A DNA stretch of 64,000 nucleotides from Macrostomum lignano (lineage: Eukaryota). The notes beneath the pieces were generated by a model that ran no database searches, was not told where the DNA came from, and worked only from the letters and a program-made list of their open reading frames with translations. The position numbers were made by a program, and so were the translations under genes. Where the stretch lies: NCBI GenBank assembly GCA_002269645.1, contig NIVC01003411.1, positions 1-64,000 on the forward strand. Direction: 5' to 3'. Of the stretch, positions 24,552 through 36,110 are shown piece by piece; position 1 is the first letter of the stretch; every line of letters begins with the position of its first letter.

Positions 24552-26576
24552 GATGTCCGATAGCCGCGCGATTCGAAACTTAGAAACTGCTCGTCCCGGG
24601 CCCAGCTATTTATGCTGCCGAGCAGTAACCGGATACTTTGGGAGGCCAAAAAAAACGGAAGTTGCTGTGTTGGCCGAGGACTGAAGGAAAAGAGCAATCT
24701 CTGGTTGTTCTTTAAAAAGAGAAGAGGAGAGGCTTCCGGGTTGTGAAAATTGTGGAATTCTCGGAAAGGTGAGACCCCTCCCTCTTCTGCTCCTTCAGCG
24801 AGCCGCTTGGATGAGCAGCGCAAAGTGAAACTGGATCACTCGGTGTCGGGAGCCAAGTTTGATGCAGAAGGAAGAGTCTGTCGATGTTTGTGAGTGGGGG
24901 GGGGGGGAGACAGAGACAAGATAAGGGGATCTGCTCTGCTGCTGTTCGCTTCGACGCGGAATCTGGAAGAGGAGGGGGGTGACGCCTCCTCCTCACTGGC
25001 CCGTGGATTAGTCCTCAAACGCGTCCTCCAATTCCCAGTCGCCTTTTCTCTCATCTCTCCGGACCGCCTCTCCCCAATGGCCGCTGGTTCCCGTTGGTCC
25101 CCCGTGTGTTGTTTCTCTCCCTAGCTCACTCTTTCAAACTGAATGCCGGCAAGTCTGGTTTCCCGTTTCCCACTTGTCACTGGTTTGGGAGGGCCGGTGC
25201 TAAGGGTGAGATGGGGTTAGTGGAGAATAGGCCAGGCATATTCCTCATGTGTTTCTAGAAGCTACTGCTCAGTAGCCCCCCCCCCCCGCCACCCAGTGCA
25301 CCGCGTAGCCACTGCCACAGTCATGTCCAGCACTGGAATTCCCAGTTTAACCAAACTCTCTTGCAGTTTTGGTCTGCGCGGCGGCATCTGCCTGCCTGGC
25401 CGCTGTGCGGTGGTGACTGGCCTGTGACTAAAGATAGCCAACTTCAGGCCTCAGCTTGATCGATCAACTGCATCGTTTGACGATTTGGTAGAATTTCATT
25501 CAAAGGAAGCTTTTATGGGGAGATTGATTAGGCTCTCTGTCTAGCTCGCATAGTTTAAAACTGCTCATCCTAAGTGTGTTGGCAGGCTTGAGAAAGTGCA
25601 ACATCCTGACTAATCAGTTTTTACTGACTATTTACAGCAGGATTAGGAAGAATGCTCTTCACTCAGATTGTAAGAAGACTCGCGCCTTCAACGCTGCTGC
25701 CACTTCGTCCGTACGACAGTCGTTGAAGTGGCAGCAGGGGATGAGATTTTCGGATGAAATTCCTTCCACTTCTTGCAGTTCTCGCATCCCTCATCTCTCT
25801 GTCAGGCCCAGCATCTCTAAATTCTAAATAATTTCTACAGGTGCATCAGTAGAAACTATCTACTCCATTGTCTCCCAGCCTCTGTATTCCCCATTGTTTC
25901 CGGCTGCTTGAACCTGCTTGAAGTCGATATTATCCCGCCAACAGTGGGGCTTCCATAATTAGCCAATTGTTCCAGGGGTGGGCCCCGGTGCATGAAAAGA
26001 AAACACAGAGACAGAGGCGCCATACTTCGTTTCGCATTTGTCTCACTCAAAACTGCCCTTCAAATTAGACGCTGCTCTCTAAAAAGTCTAAACGACTTCT
26101 TTCCTGCCTGCCTTAGCTGCCATCTTTGGGTCTCACGCGCAGAGCGCCGGGTGCATTGCGGCGCCCCTGCCCGCTGCCAGCCTCTTAGCCAGGAGCAGTG
26201 AGCTGCCGCAGCTGCACTGCAAGTTGCCAAGGCAAAGCACAATCACACACGGCGCATTGGGTGGAGCCAGTCAAGCAAATGGGGCGAGAATTCTCTTCTC
26301 CTTCTAACTCAGACTGCTCGTTTACCTGCAGTGCAGCTTCCAATGTTTTATTGTCTTAGCAAGACTCGAGGTAGAATATGCGCTAGCTAGTGGGCTATTG
26401 TGGAGACAGCACTGGCCCACCCCCTATCGCTGTTGCGGTCTGTGTGGCCATCTTTGGCGAATACAGAGGCTAAGTGGGACAGTGGCTGCTCATATATAGC
26501 ACACGAACAGACGCAGCACTGAAGGTTTCGAATATCCAGCGCAGTTGCAGCAGCAGTCCAAGTTGCAACAAGAGCC

Positions 26577-27197
26577 ATGGGCTTTGATGTCGACCGATTC
26601 GAAGAGGAAGTCAACGAAGGCCTCCTGTGCGCCATCTGCCACGACGTGCTCGAAGACGCCGTCCAGGCCCCGTGTGAGCACGCCTTCTGCTCGGCCTGCA
26701 TCCAGGCCTGGCTGCTCGAGGACAACTCCTGCCCGGTTGACCGGCAGATTCTGCTAGCCAGCGAGCTCCGCCAGCTGCACCGCTACATGCGGAACGACCT
26801 CAACAATCTGCAGATCCGCTGCCAGTACTGGCAGCACGGCTGCCGGGAGAAGGTGCCGCTGGAGACGCTGCACCAGCACGAGTCCGCCTGTCCCAGCGAG
26901 CCGATGCGCTGCCCAGCCTGCCGGGCGGACACCAGCCGCGGCGAGATGGCCCGCCACCTGCAGATCTGCACCCTGCGCACCTCAGCCGTGGTGCCAGCAG
27001 CTGACGTTGCCAGACTGTTGGAGGACATGCGATCCGAGCTGGAGGCGGCCAGGCAGGACTTCATGACCAAGCTCGCCGAGCAGAAGCTCGAGATGGACCT
27101 GAGACTCGACGCGCAGCGGCGGCACCTGGTGCAACGGGAGCACTGCCTGCAGGAGCAGCTGGAGGAGATGCGGCGGCTCTACGCGCGGCTCAGCGAG
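26577..27197 (+). CDS. RNF41/RNF151-like RING E3 ligase, exon 1 (C3HC3D RING, TRAF/Sina-type Zn finger, coiled coil)
   Basis: MGFDVDRF...CAIC..CEHAFCSAC..CPVD RING with terminal Asp; RLDAQRRHLVQRE coiled coil; GTCAGT donor at 27198, phase 0. Confidence 0.92.
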
Positions 27198-27339
27198 GTC
27201 AGTTTCTCCCTACTGATCTGGTTGGGCATGAGCAACTCGGGCTTTTAGCTTCCAGGCCGGCTCTGCGAGGATTACCCGCCTGACTTGACTGTCTTCTAAT
27301 CTAAGGGGCGATAAGAACGGGCGGGGCACCAAATACAGA

Positions 27340-29042
27340 GGGGGCGCCAGCTACAGAGGGGGCACCGGCTACAGAGGGGGCACCGGCTACAGAGGGGGCA
27401 CAAGCTACAGAGGGGGCTCCGGCTACAGAGGGAGCACAAGCTACAGAGGGGGCGCCAGCTACAGAGGGGGCACCGGCTACAGAGGGGGCACCGGCTACAG
27501 AGAGCACAAGCTACAGAGGGGGCTCCGGCTACAGAGGGAGCACAAGCTACAGAGGGGGCTCCGGCTACAGAGGGAGCACAAGCTACAGAGGGGGCCCCGG
27601 CTACAGAGGGGGCACCGGCTACAGAGGGGGCACAAGCTACAGAGGGGGCACCGGCTACGGAGGGGGCACCGGCTACAGAGGGGGGCACAAGCTACAGAGG
27701 GGGCTCCGGCTACAGAGGGGGCACAAGCTACAGAGGGGGCCCCGGCTACAGAGGGGGCACAAGCTACAGAGGGGGCACCGGCTACAGAGGGGGCACAAGC
27801 TACAGAGGGGGCCCCGGCTACAGAGGGGGCACAAGCTACAGAGGGGGCACCGGCTACAGAGGGGGCACAGGCTACAGAGGGGGCACCGGCTACAGAGGGG
27901 GCGCCAGCTACAGAGGGGGCACCGGCTACAGAGGGGGCACCGGCTACAGAGGGGGCACAAGCTACAGAGGGGGCTCCGGCTACAGAGGGGGCACCGGCTA
28001 CAGAGGGGGCACCGGCTACAGAGGGGGCACCGGCTACAGAGGGGGCACCGGCTACAGAGGGGGTGCCAGCTACAGAGGGAGCACCGGCTACAGAGGGGGC
28101 ACAAGCTACAGAGGGGGCTCCGGCTACAGAGGGGGCACAAGCTACAGAGGGGGCACAAGCTACAGAGGGGGCCCCGGCTACAGAGGGGGCACAAGCTACA
28201 GAGGGGGCTCCGGCTACAGAGGGGGCACAAGCTACAGAGGGGGCCCCGGCTACAGAGGGGGCACAAGCTACAGAGGGAGCACCGGCTACAGAGGGGGCAC
28301 AGGCTACAGAGGGGGCACAAGCTACAGAGGGGGCACAAGCTACAGAGGGGGCCCCGGCTACAGAGGGGGCACAAGCTACAGAGGGGGCACCGGCTACAGA
28401 GGGGGCACAAGCTACAGAGGGGGCACCGGCTACAGAGGGAGCACAAGCTACAGAGGGGGCACCAGCTACAGAGGGGGCACCGGCTACAGAGGGGGCACAG
28501 GCTACAGAGGGGGCACAAGCTACAGAGGGGGCACCGGCTACAGAGGGGGCACAAGCTACAGAGGGGGCACAAGCTACAGAGGGGGCACAAGCTACAGAGG
28601 GGGCACCGGCTACAGAGGGGGCACAAGCTACAGAGGGGGCACCAGCTACAGAGGGGGCACCGGCTACAGAGGGGGCCCCGGCTACAGAGGGGGCACAGGC
28701 TACAGAGGGGGCACAAGCTACAGAGGGGGCACCGGCTACAGAGGGGGCACAAGCTACAGAGGGGGCACAAGCTACAGAGGGGCACAAGCTACAGAGGGGG
28801 CACCGGCTACAGAGGGGGCACAAGCTACAGAGGGGGCACCAGCTACAGAGGGGGCACCGGCTACAGAGGGGGCACAGGCTACAGAGGGGGCACAAGCTAC
28901 AGAGGGGGCACCGGCTACAGAGGGGGCACAAGCTACAGAGGGGGCACAAGCTACAGAGGGGGCACAAGCTACAGAGGGGGCACCGGCTACAGAGGGGGCA
29001 CAAGCTACAGAGGGGGCACAGGCTACAGAGGGGGTGCCAGCT
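27340..29042. repeat. Tandem repeat, 18 bp (gctacagagggggcac(cg/aa)), in the RING-gene intron
   Basis: About 95 copies, two main variants. Confidence 0.97.
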
Positions 29043-29148
29043 AAATAGGGGGCGCCATGCAGTGTTTCATTTGCAATGACGCATGCAAGACAATCACAAG
29101 TAATGACCTGAAAATCTGTGACCGCCTGCATCACCTGTCATCTTACAG

Positions 29149-29298
29149 GACATCAAGAAGCTGATTCAGCAGGAGAAAACCAGCCGAACGGAGCTGCAGC
29201 GGATGGCGCAAGAGAAGGCGGAGCTTCTCCAATTGCTGCACCAGGCTTCCGGCTCGCAGGCGGTGCAGAAACTGCCGGAAAAAGTGACAGATTTATGA
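29149..29298 (+). CDS. RNF41/RNF151-like RING E3 ligase, exon 2; total 256 aa
   Basis: tcttacag acceptor; DIKKLIQQEKTSRTELQRMAQEKAELLQLL...KVTDL then TGA; continues the coiled coil in frame. Confidence 0.85.
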   Translation, partial: DIKKLIQQEKTSRTELQRMAQEKAELLQLLHQASGSQAVQKLPEKVTDL

Positions 29299-29444
29299 CG
29301 CGGCAACTGCTGAACAGCGAACTTTCATTAGCGAAAGATAATCAATGCTGCATGTGTACATATCTGTATAGCTCGATGTAACTGTTTAATAAGCAAAATC
29401 TCTGATCCTGAGAATACGCTCACCATTATTATCTGCCTATAAAC

Positions 29445-31360
29445 CCTCAAATCTCACACCTGATAGCTCTCAAATCTCATCTCTCAAATCTCATCTCTCA
29501 AATCTCTCAAATCTCACCTACAAAATCTCTCAAATCTCCCTTCCAAAATCTCTTAAATCTGACCCCCGATAGCTCTTAAATCTCTTCTCCAAAATCTTTC
29601 AATTCTTACCCGCTATTGTTCTCAAATCTCACCTTACAAAATCTTTCAAATCTCACCTCTGATAGCTCTCAAATCTCACCCCTGATAGCCCACAAATCTC
29701 ACCCCTGATAGCCCACAAATCTCACCCCTGATAGCTCTTAAATCTCACCTCCAAAATCTCTTGAATCTCACCCCCGATAGCTCTTAAATCTCATCTCTAA
29801 ATCTTTCGAATCTCACCCGCGATGGCTCTCAAATCTCACCTACAAAATCTCTCAAATCTCACCCACAAAATCTATCAAATCTCACCTCTGATAGCTCTCA
29901 AATCTCACCCCTGATAGCTCTCAAATCTCGCCTCTGATAGCTCTCAAATTTCACCTCTAAAATCTATCAAATCTCACCTCCAAAATCTCTCTAATCTCAC
30001 CTCCAAAAATCTCTTAAATCTCAACCCTGATAGCTCTCAAACCTCTCCTCTGATAGCTCTCAAATCTCACCCATGATAGCTCTCAAATCTCACCCCGATA
30101 GCTCTCAAACCTCTCCTCTGATAGCTCTCAAATCTCACCCCTGATAGCTCTCAAATCTCACCCCGATAGCTCTCAAATCTCACCCCTGATAGCACTCAAA
30201 CCTCTCCTCCAATATCTCTCAAATCTCACCCCTGATAGCTCTCAAATCTCACCCCGATAGCTCTCAAATCTCACCCCTGATAGCACTCAAACCTCTCCTC
30301 CAATATCTCTCAAATCTCACCCCTGATAGCTCTCAAACCTCACCCCTGATAGCTCTCAAATCTCACCCCTGATAGCTCTCAAACCTCACCCCTGATAGCT
30401 CTCAAATCTCACCCCTGATAGCTCTCAAATCTTACCCCTGATAGCTCTCAAATCTCACCCCTGATAGCTCTCAAACCTCACCCCTGATAGCTCTCAAATC
30501 TCACCCCTGATAGCACTCAAACCTCTCCTCCAATATCTCTCAAATCTCACCCCTGATAGCTCTCAAACCTCACCCCTGATAGCTCTCAAATCTCACCCCT
30601 GATAGCTCTCAAACCTCACCCCTGATAGCTCTCAAATCTCACCCCTGATAGCTCTCAAATCTCACCCCTGATAGCTCTCAAATCTCACCCCTGATAGCTC
30701 TCAAATCTCACCCCTGATAGCTCTCAAACCTCACCCCTGATAGCTCTCAAATCTCACCCCTGATAGCTCTCAAATCTTACCCCTGATAGCTCTCAAATCT
30801 CACCCCTGATAGCTCTCAAACCTCACCCCTGATAGCTCTCAAATCTCACCCCTGATAGCACTCAAACCTCTCCTCCAATATCTCTCAAATCTCACCCCTG
30901 ATAGCTCTCAAACCTCACCCCTGATAGCTCTCAAATCTCACCCCTGATAGCTCTCAAACCTCACCCCTGATAGCTCTCAAATCTCACCCCTGATAGCTCT
31001 CAAATCTCACCCCTGATAGCTCTCAAATCTCACCCCTGATAGCTCTCAAATCTCACCCCTGATAGCTCTCAAATCTCACCCCTGATAGCTCTCAAATCTT
31101 ACCCCTGATAGCTCTCAAATCTCACCCCTGATAGCACTCAAACCTCTCCTCCAATATCTCTCAAATCTAACCCCTGAAATCTGTCAAATATCCCTTTTTA
31201 AAATCTCTCAAGTCTTACCCATAAATTATTTAGAAAACTAAAATCTTGAATCTCTAAAATCTTTACGCAGGAATCTTTTTAAACTTTACCTTTGAAATCT
31301 TTTATCCCTCCCATCAAATCTCTAGAATCTCACCCCTGAAACATCTCGAATCTCATCCTC
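29445..31360. repeat. Tandem repeat, 23 bp (ctctcaaatctcacccctgatag)
   Basis: Homogeneous core with degenerate flanks. Confidence 0.95.
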
Positions 31361-32138
31361 AAAACTCTATTCTGGACTGGGAGTATCATTTGAGCCATCA
31401 CGAATCATCACTAGCCCGGTTATACCTCAGAAAACTCGGGGAAGGGGGTGGTTTAACATTAGTCTAAGTTGTGATCCAGCGAAACAGCATCTTGGATTGA
31501 AAAATTTGCGCAAGGTACGGATGTTTAGCTTACGCCAAACAAACACTAATAGTCCCTGTACAGTACTCCATTGCTTAATTGCTATTTTGTTTGTAGTAGC
31601 GGTGCTCAGACTGTTACCTGCCAATGTTAATTACAATATAATATGCAATACGCGCGCGCCCAAGCTCTTCAGTTGAATGTCAAGGTTGTAAAAACTCAGC
31701 GGTGCTCTTGTATGCACATTATGGCCATGATTCTGCGTGCGGGGAGGACATTGCACTTTAACCTGCCAATTACCACTGTGCCTATAAACAATATAACAGT
31801 ATAAGCATACTTGAGCCGGCGTTCGGTCTTAATCAATTGTCAATTAGCGACTGCCAATCAGTTTGCCAATCAGACTGCAGGGGGGGGGGTGGCTGGCCAA
31901 CAACAATAGGTATCGCAGTAAAAGAAGGTTTGATTTATTACGAATGAGCATCGATCGGCTGGGAAGCATCATGGACGCGTCGCTACACTCGTATTAGCCA
32001 GGAAGTTCTTAAGCCTTAAATCGGTGCAGAATATGGGTATGTAGAACCTATATACTCAATTTCGTCAGTAGTCTCTGTATTACATGCATCATTCTTAGTT
32101 TGATTGAGCAGCTTTTTATTTAATTCATAAGAAAATCT

Positions 32139-32500
32139 ATCAAATTCTCAAAAAATAGCGTCTATGTCCCTAAGCTACTGAACTCAAAACTTAAGCAGCC
32201 CATGTCGGCTTTTTGCACAAGTCACAAAAAAACAGCGGTCGCACTATCCTGGGAATATAAGATCTATGGATTAGACGAACACATGATGTCATAGAAAACC
32301 TAGTTTATAGTTTTATAATAATTTTAGCTGTCTTGAGCCATAGATCTTTATATACCCTAGATAGGCCACTTTGTATGGCGGCAATTAGGGAAGTTCTACC
32401 ACTGTTTTTCGTCACTTGTGCGAAAAAAGTCGACATGGGTTGCTTTAATTTTGAGTTCAGTAGCTTAGGGACATTTGACGCTATTTTTTGAGAATTTGAT
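32139..32500. mobile_element. Fold-back MITE-like element
   Basis: About 100-bp terminal inverted repeats (first 24 bp perfect: atcaaattctcaaaaaatagcgtc) plus an inner inverted pair near 32246-32272 and 32337-32362; no coding capacity; TSD unclear. Confidence 0.8.
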
Positions 32501-33829
32501 TTGGCATTCTATGTATTAGCTCAGTATTTGCGAGATACTGAGATATTTGCGATTTGGTCGCGAGATGCAAAAATTTTCACATTAGCTTCTATGGCCACAT
32601 AAGCAGTTAATGAGTGGCCCATCTTGCGTACATACGATCTTTGGCTTGAGCATTCCAGTAAAAATGGTGACCTCAGTCCGGAATCTTTTAAGACGCCCCT
32701 CGTACTGAATATAAACACAGATGTTGTCCTGCTCTATCGGTGAAATCAACCAGCTGTTTAATGAGCGTTCCAGTTTAATTTTAGCTGCAGATTTGTCTAT
32801 GGTCGGAAAGTAAGAGTCCAGAGGATTAATATGAATAGCAATATTGGCTCCCCATGTTAGCTCGGTACTCATTGAAGCACTTGCTGCAATGATTGTGATT
32901 CGAAAGTCTAGAGGGTGAGACATTGTGATAAATCCAAGTGCTGAGAATAAACACTGAAAACTTTCCATCTTGCTAATTGATGCATTTTGCAGCTAAAACC
33001 AGCGCCTCAGCGAAATTGGCACGACTTGCATGATTTTCTACTATCAGTAGCAGTGCAATAACTTAAAAAACAAACAAACAAAAAAAACAAGTCAATTAAT
33101 CTCTGGCTAAATAGAAATAAATTTGTTATAAACAGTCAAAAAACCAGGGAATTATCAATTGAAAACAAGTCAGAAAAGCATTCCATAGCAAATATGGATT
33201 ATTATACAAGCAAAAGAAACCGCAGCAGCAGCAGCAGCAATAATTGGCGCGCAGCAAACTAAAGAAGCTATAACAATAAACTGACTGTTCCCAAGAAAAG
33301 CCAGGTGCAAAAAGAACACCAAAAAGAAAATAAAACACACAAACTATTCGAAACACGAGACAGATGGACATTTACAACATCACTCATTTTCATACGGAGT
33401 TGGAGATCAATATGAGCAGTCCTGATGCGAAAACGATAGTAGAAAATACTAAACCGCTGGAATATACGCTCGTAATTAATAATTCGTGCATAAATGAGAT
33501 TTTATGATGAAAAAATGTAGAAAGCATGATGGCTTATAAAAATAAAACCAATTCTGTTCCATGTCAATCAATACTACACAGTGTAATAACTAAAGCATGA
33601 ATTGTGTGCAGGACTGGCAGGCAGATTAAGCAAATGGCATTGAAACATTGACAATCCGATGCAGCACAGGAGAAATAAGCGGATATTGTTGGCAAACCCC
33701 ACCCCCCCAGATTCTTGACACAACAGTTGTTAAAAATTGACGCAATTTGTCGCAAAGAAGAGGATTGACGATTTTTCTATCAGGAGTTGCTGCCCAACTG
33801 GTTTTTAAGTTCTTTTCAAGCTTATGAAG

Positions 33830-34830
33830 ATTCGAATTTATGCAATTTTGAGCTTGTGAAGATTCGAGCTTGTGAAGATTCGAGCTTGTGAAGATTCGAG
33901 CTTGTGAAGATTCGAGCTTGTGAAGATTTGAGCTTGTGAAGATTCGAGCTTGTGAAGATTCGAGCTTGTGAAGATTCGAGCTTGTGAAGATTGAGATTAT
34001 GAAGATCGAGATTATGAAGATTCGAATTTATGCAATTTTGAGCTTGTGAAGATTCGAGCTTGGGAAGATTCGAGCTTGTGAAGATTCGAGCTTGGGAAGA
34101 TTCGAGATTATGAAGATTCGAGCTTGGGAAGATTCGAGCTTATGAAGATTCGAGCTTGGGAAGATTCGAGCTTGGGAAGATTCGAGCTTGTTAAGATTCG
34201 AGCTTCTGAAGATTCGAGCTTGTGAAGATTCGAGATTATGAAGATTCGAATTTATGAAGATTCGAGCTTGGGAAGATTCGAGATTATGAAGATCTGAGCT
34301 TGTGAAGATTCGAGCTTGTGAAGATTCGAGCTTGTGAAGATTCGAATTTATGAAGATTCGAGCTAGTGAAGATTCGAGCTTGGGAAGATTCGAGCTTGTG
34401 AAGATTCGAGCTTGGGAAGATTCGAGCTTGTGAAGATTCGAGCTTGTGAAGATTCGAGCTTGGGAAAATTCGAGCTAGTGAAGATTCGAGCTTGGGAAGA
34501 TTCGAGCTTGGGAAGATTCGAGCTTGTGAAGATTCGAGCTTGTGAAGATTCGAGCTTGTGAAGATTCGAGCTTGGGAAGATTCGAGCTTGTGAAGATTCG
34601 AGCTTGTGAAGATTCGAGCTTGGGAAGATTCGAGCTTTTGAAGATTCGAGCTTGTGAAGATCGAGATTATGAAGATCGAGATTATGAAGATTCGAATTTA
34701 TGAAGATTCGAGCTTGTGAAGATTCGAGCTTGTGAAGATTCGAGATTATGAAGATTCGAGCTTGGGAAGATTCGAGCTTGTGAAGATGCGAGATTATGAG
34801 GTTCAAGCTAGTGAAGATTCAAGCTAGATT
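33830..34830. repeat. Tandem repeat, 16 bp (gaagattcgagcttg(t/g))
   Basis: Directly visible. Confidence 0.95.
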
Positions 34831-35097
34831 GTGAAGTTATGAGCTTATGAAATTTAGACCTTATAAAACGCCCCAACCTCTCTAACAAAGACTGTCATGT
34901 CAATGAAACACGAAAATTTTCTGTTTAACTTCTTTGCACACAATAAAAAAGATTCGCTTAGCAGCAGAAATACCAAACTTTCTTAGAATCATTTTTACGC
35001 AGAATATCTCGCTGGGCGACTTGAGTCCTGCTTGAGGAGTCTTGATTCTTAAACACACCACTAAGCACCGTTAGTTGGCTGAGCCGGTGGCGTCACG

Positions 35098-35775
35098 TCA
35101 CGAGCAGCAGCCGCTGCCGCCTTCAGTTTCCTCAGTCCCGTTTGCGGTCAGGCGGACAGCTGCTGCTGACGCAGACGAGTTCACTCCCCGTCCAACCCGG
35201 ACACCGTCCCAGGCTGGCGACATGCCGGCGTAACGGCCGGCCATAAGCAGGCAGTAGACCCGCTCGGCCAGGCTGCGGAAACAGGCCTCAACATTGTGGC
35301 CGCTGATCGCGCTGGTCTCAATATAAGCCAACCCAAGCTGCTCGGCCAATCCGGACGCTTCGTCCAGGCTAACCGTCCGCTGGCCGGACATGTCCGCCTT
35401 CTGGCCAACTAGCAGCAGGCCCGGATCCGGACAAGTCATATTCAAACGGGCCTCCTTAAGCCAGGCTGACACGCTACTAAAACTATCCCGATTAGTGACG
35501 TCAAAGACAATGAGAGCGGCTACTGCATTGCGATAATAAGAGCGAGTGATGGACCGGAACTTCTCGTGGCCGGCCGTGTCCCACAGGGTCAGCTTGATCC
35601 GGCTGCCGTCCGGCAGTTGAACTAGGCGAGCAAAGAAATCAACACCGACCGTGGCTTCGCAGGCCGTGTCGGCTGAGCCTTCGACAAAATAGCGAACTAG
35701 GGACGACTTGCCAACCATGGTGTCGCCAATGATGATCACCCTGAACTGGTAATCGAACAGCGGCCCGGGCAGCAT
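35098..35775 (-). CDS. RAB39: Rab39-like small GTPase, 225 aa, intronless CDS
   Basis: YQFRVIIIGDTMVGKSS, TVGVDFFARLV, WDTAGHEKFRSITRSYYRN, ETSA, the Rab39-type WDGVR motif and C-terminal CCS prenylation site. Confidence 0.9.
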   Translation of the reverse strand: MLPGPLFDYQFRVIIIGDTMVGKSSLVRYFVEGSADTACEATVGVDFFARLVQLPDGSRIKLTLWDTAGHEKFRSITRSYYRNAVAALIVFDVTNRDSFSSVSAWLKEARLNMTCPDPGLLLVGQKADMSGQRTVSLDEASGLAEQLGLAYIETSAISGHNVEACFRSLAERVYCLLMAGRYAGMSPAWDGVRVGRGVNSSASAAAVRLTANGTEETEGGSGCCS

Positions 35776-35924
35776 GACACTGTCCAGTGTGTCTCTCTCC
35801 CTTTCTTAACAGTCTTTTAATTCAATATACCAATTGATCGGCCTCTCAGAAACATTAGAACAACATATCGTTGGAAGTAGCGCTTCATAAAATGTATGCT
35901 TGCAGTTCTGTGATACTTCAGTAC

Positions 35925-36110
35925 AGTAAGGACTGGTGGGTGGCTTAGCCCAGCTGACCGAACTGAACAGTAAGGACTGTTGAGTAGCTTAGCCCAGCTT
36001 ACCGAACTGAACAGTAAGGACTGTTGAGTAGCTTAGCCCAGCTTACCGAACTGAACAGTAAGGACTGTTGAGTAGCTTAGCCCAGCTTACCGAACTGAAC
36101 AGTAAGGTCT
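35925..36110. repeat. Tandem repeat, 44 bp, about 4 copies
   Basis: aacagtaaggactgttgagtagcttagcccagcttaccgaactg. Confidence 0.9.

Noticed and set aside
26387-27070. Antisense and alternative-frame ORFs over the RING gene (likewise over Rab39 and CLK)
   Set aside because: Shadow ORFs of GC-rich coding sequence with no recognisable motifs
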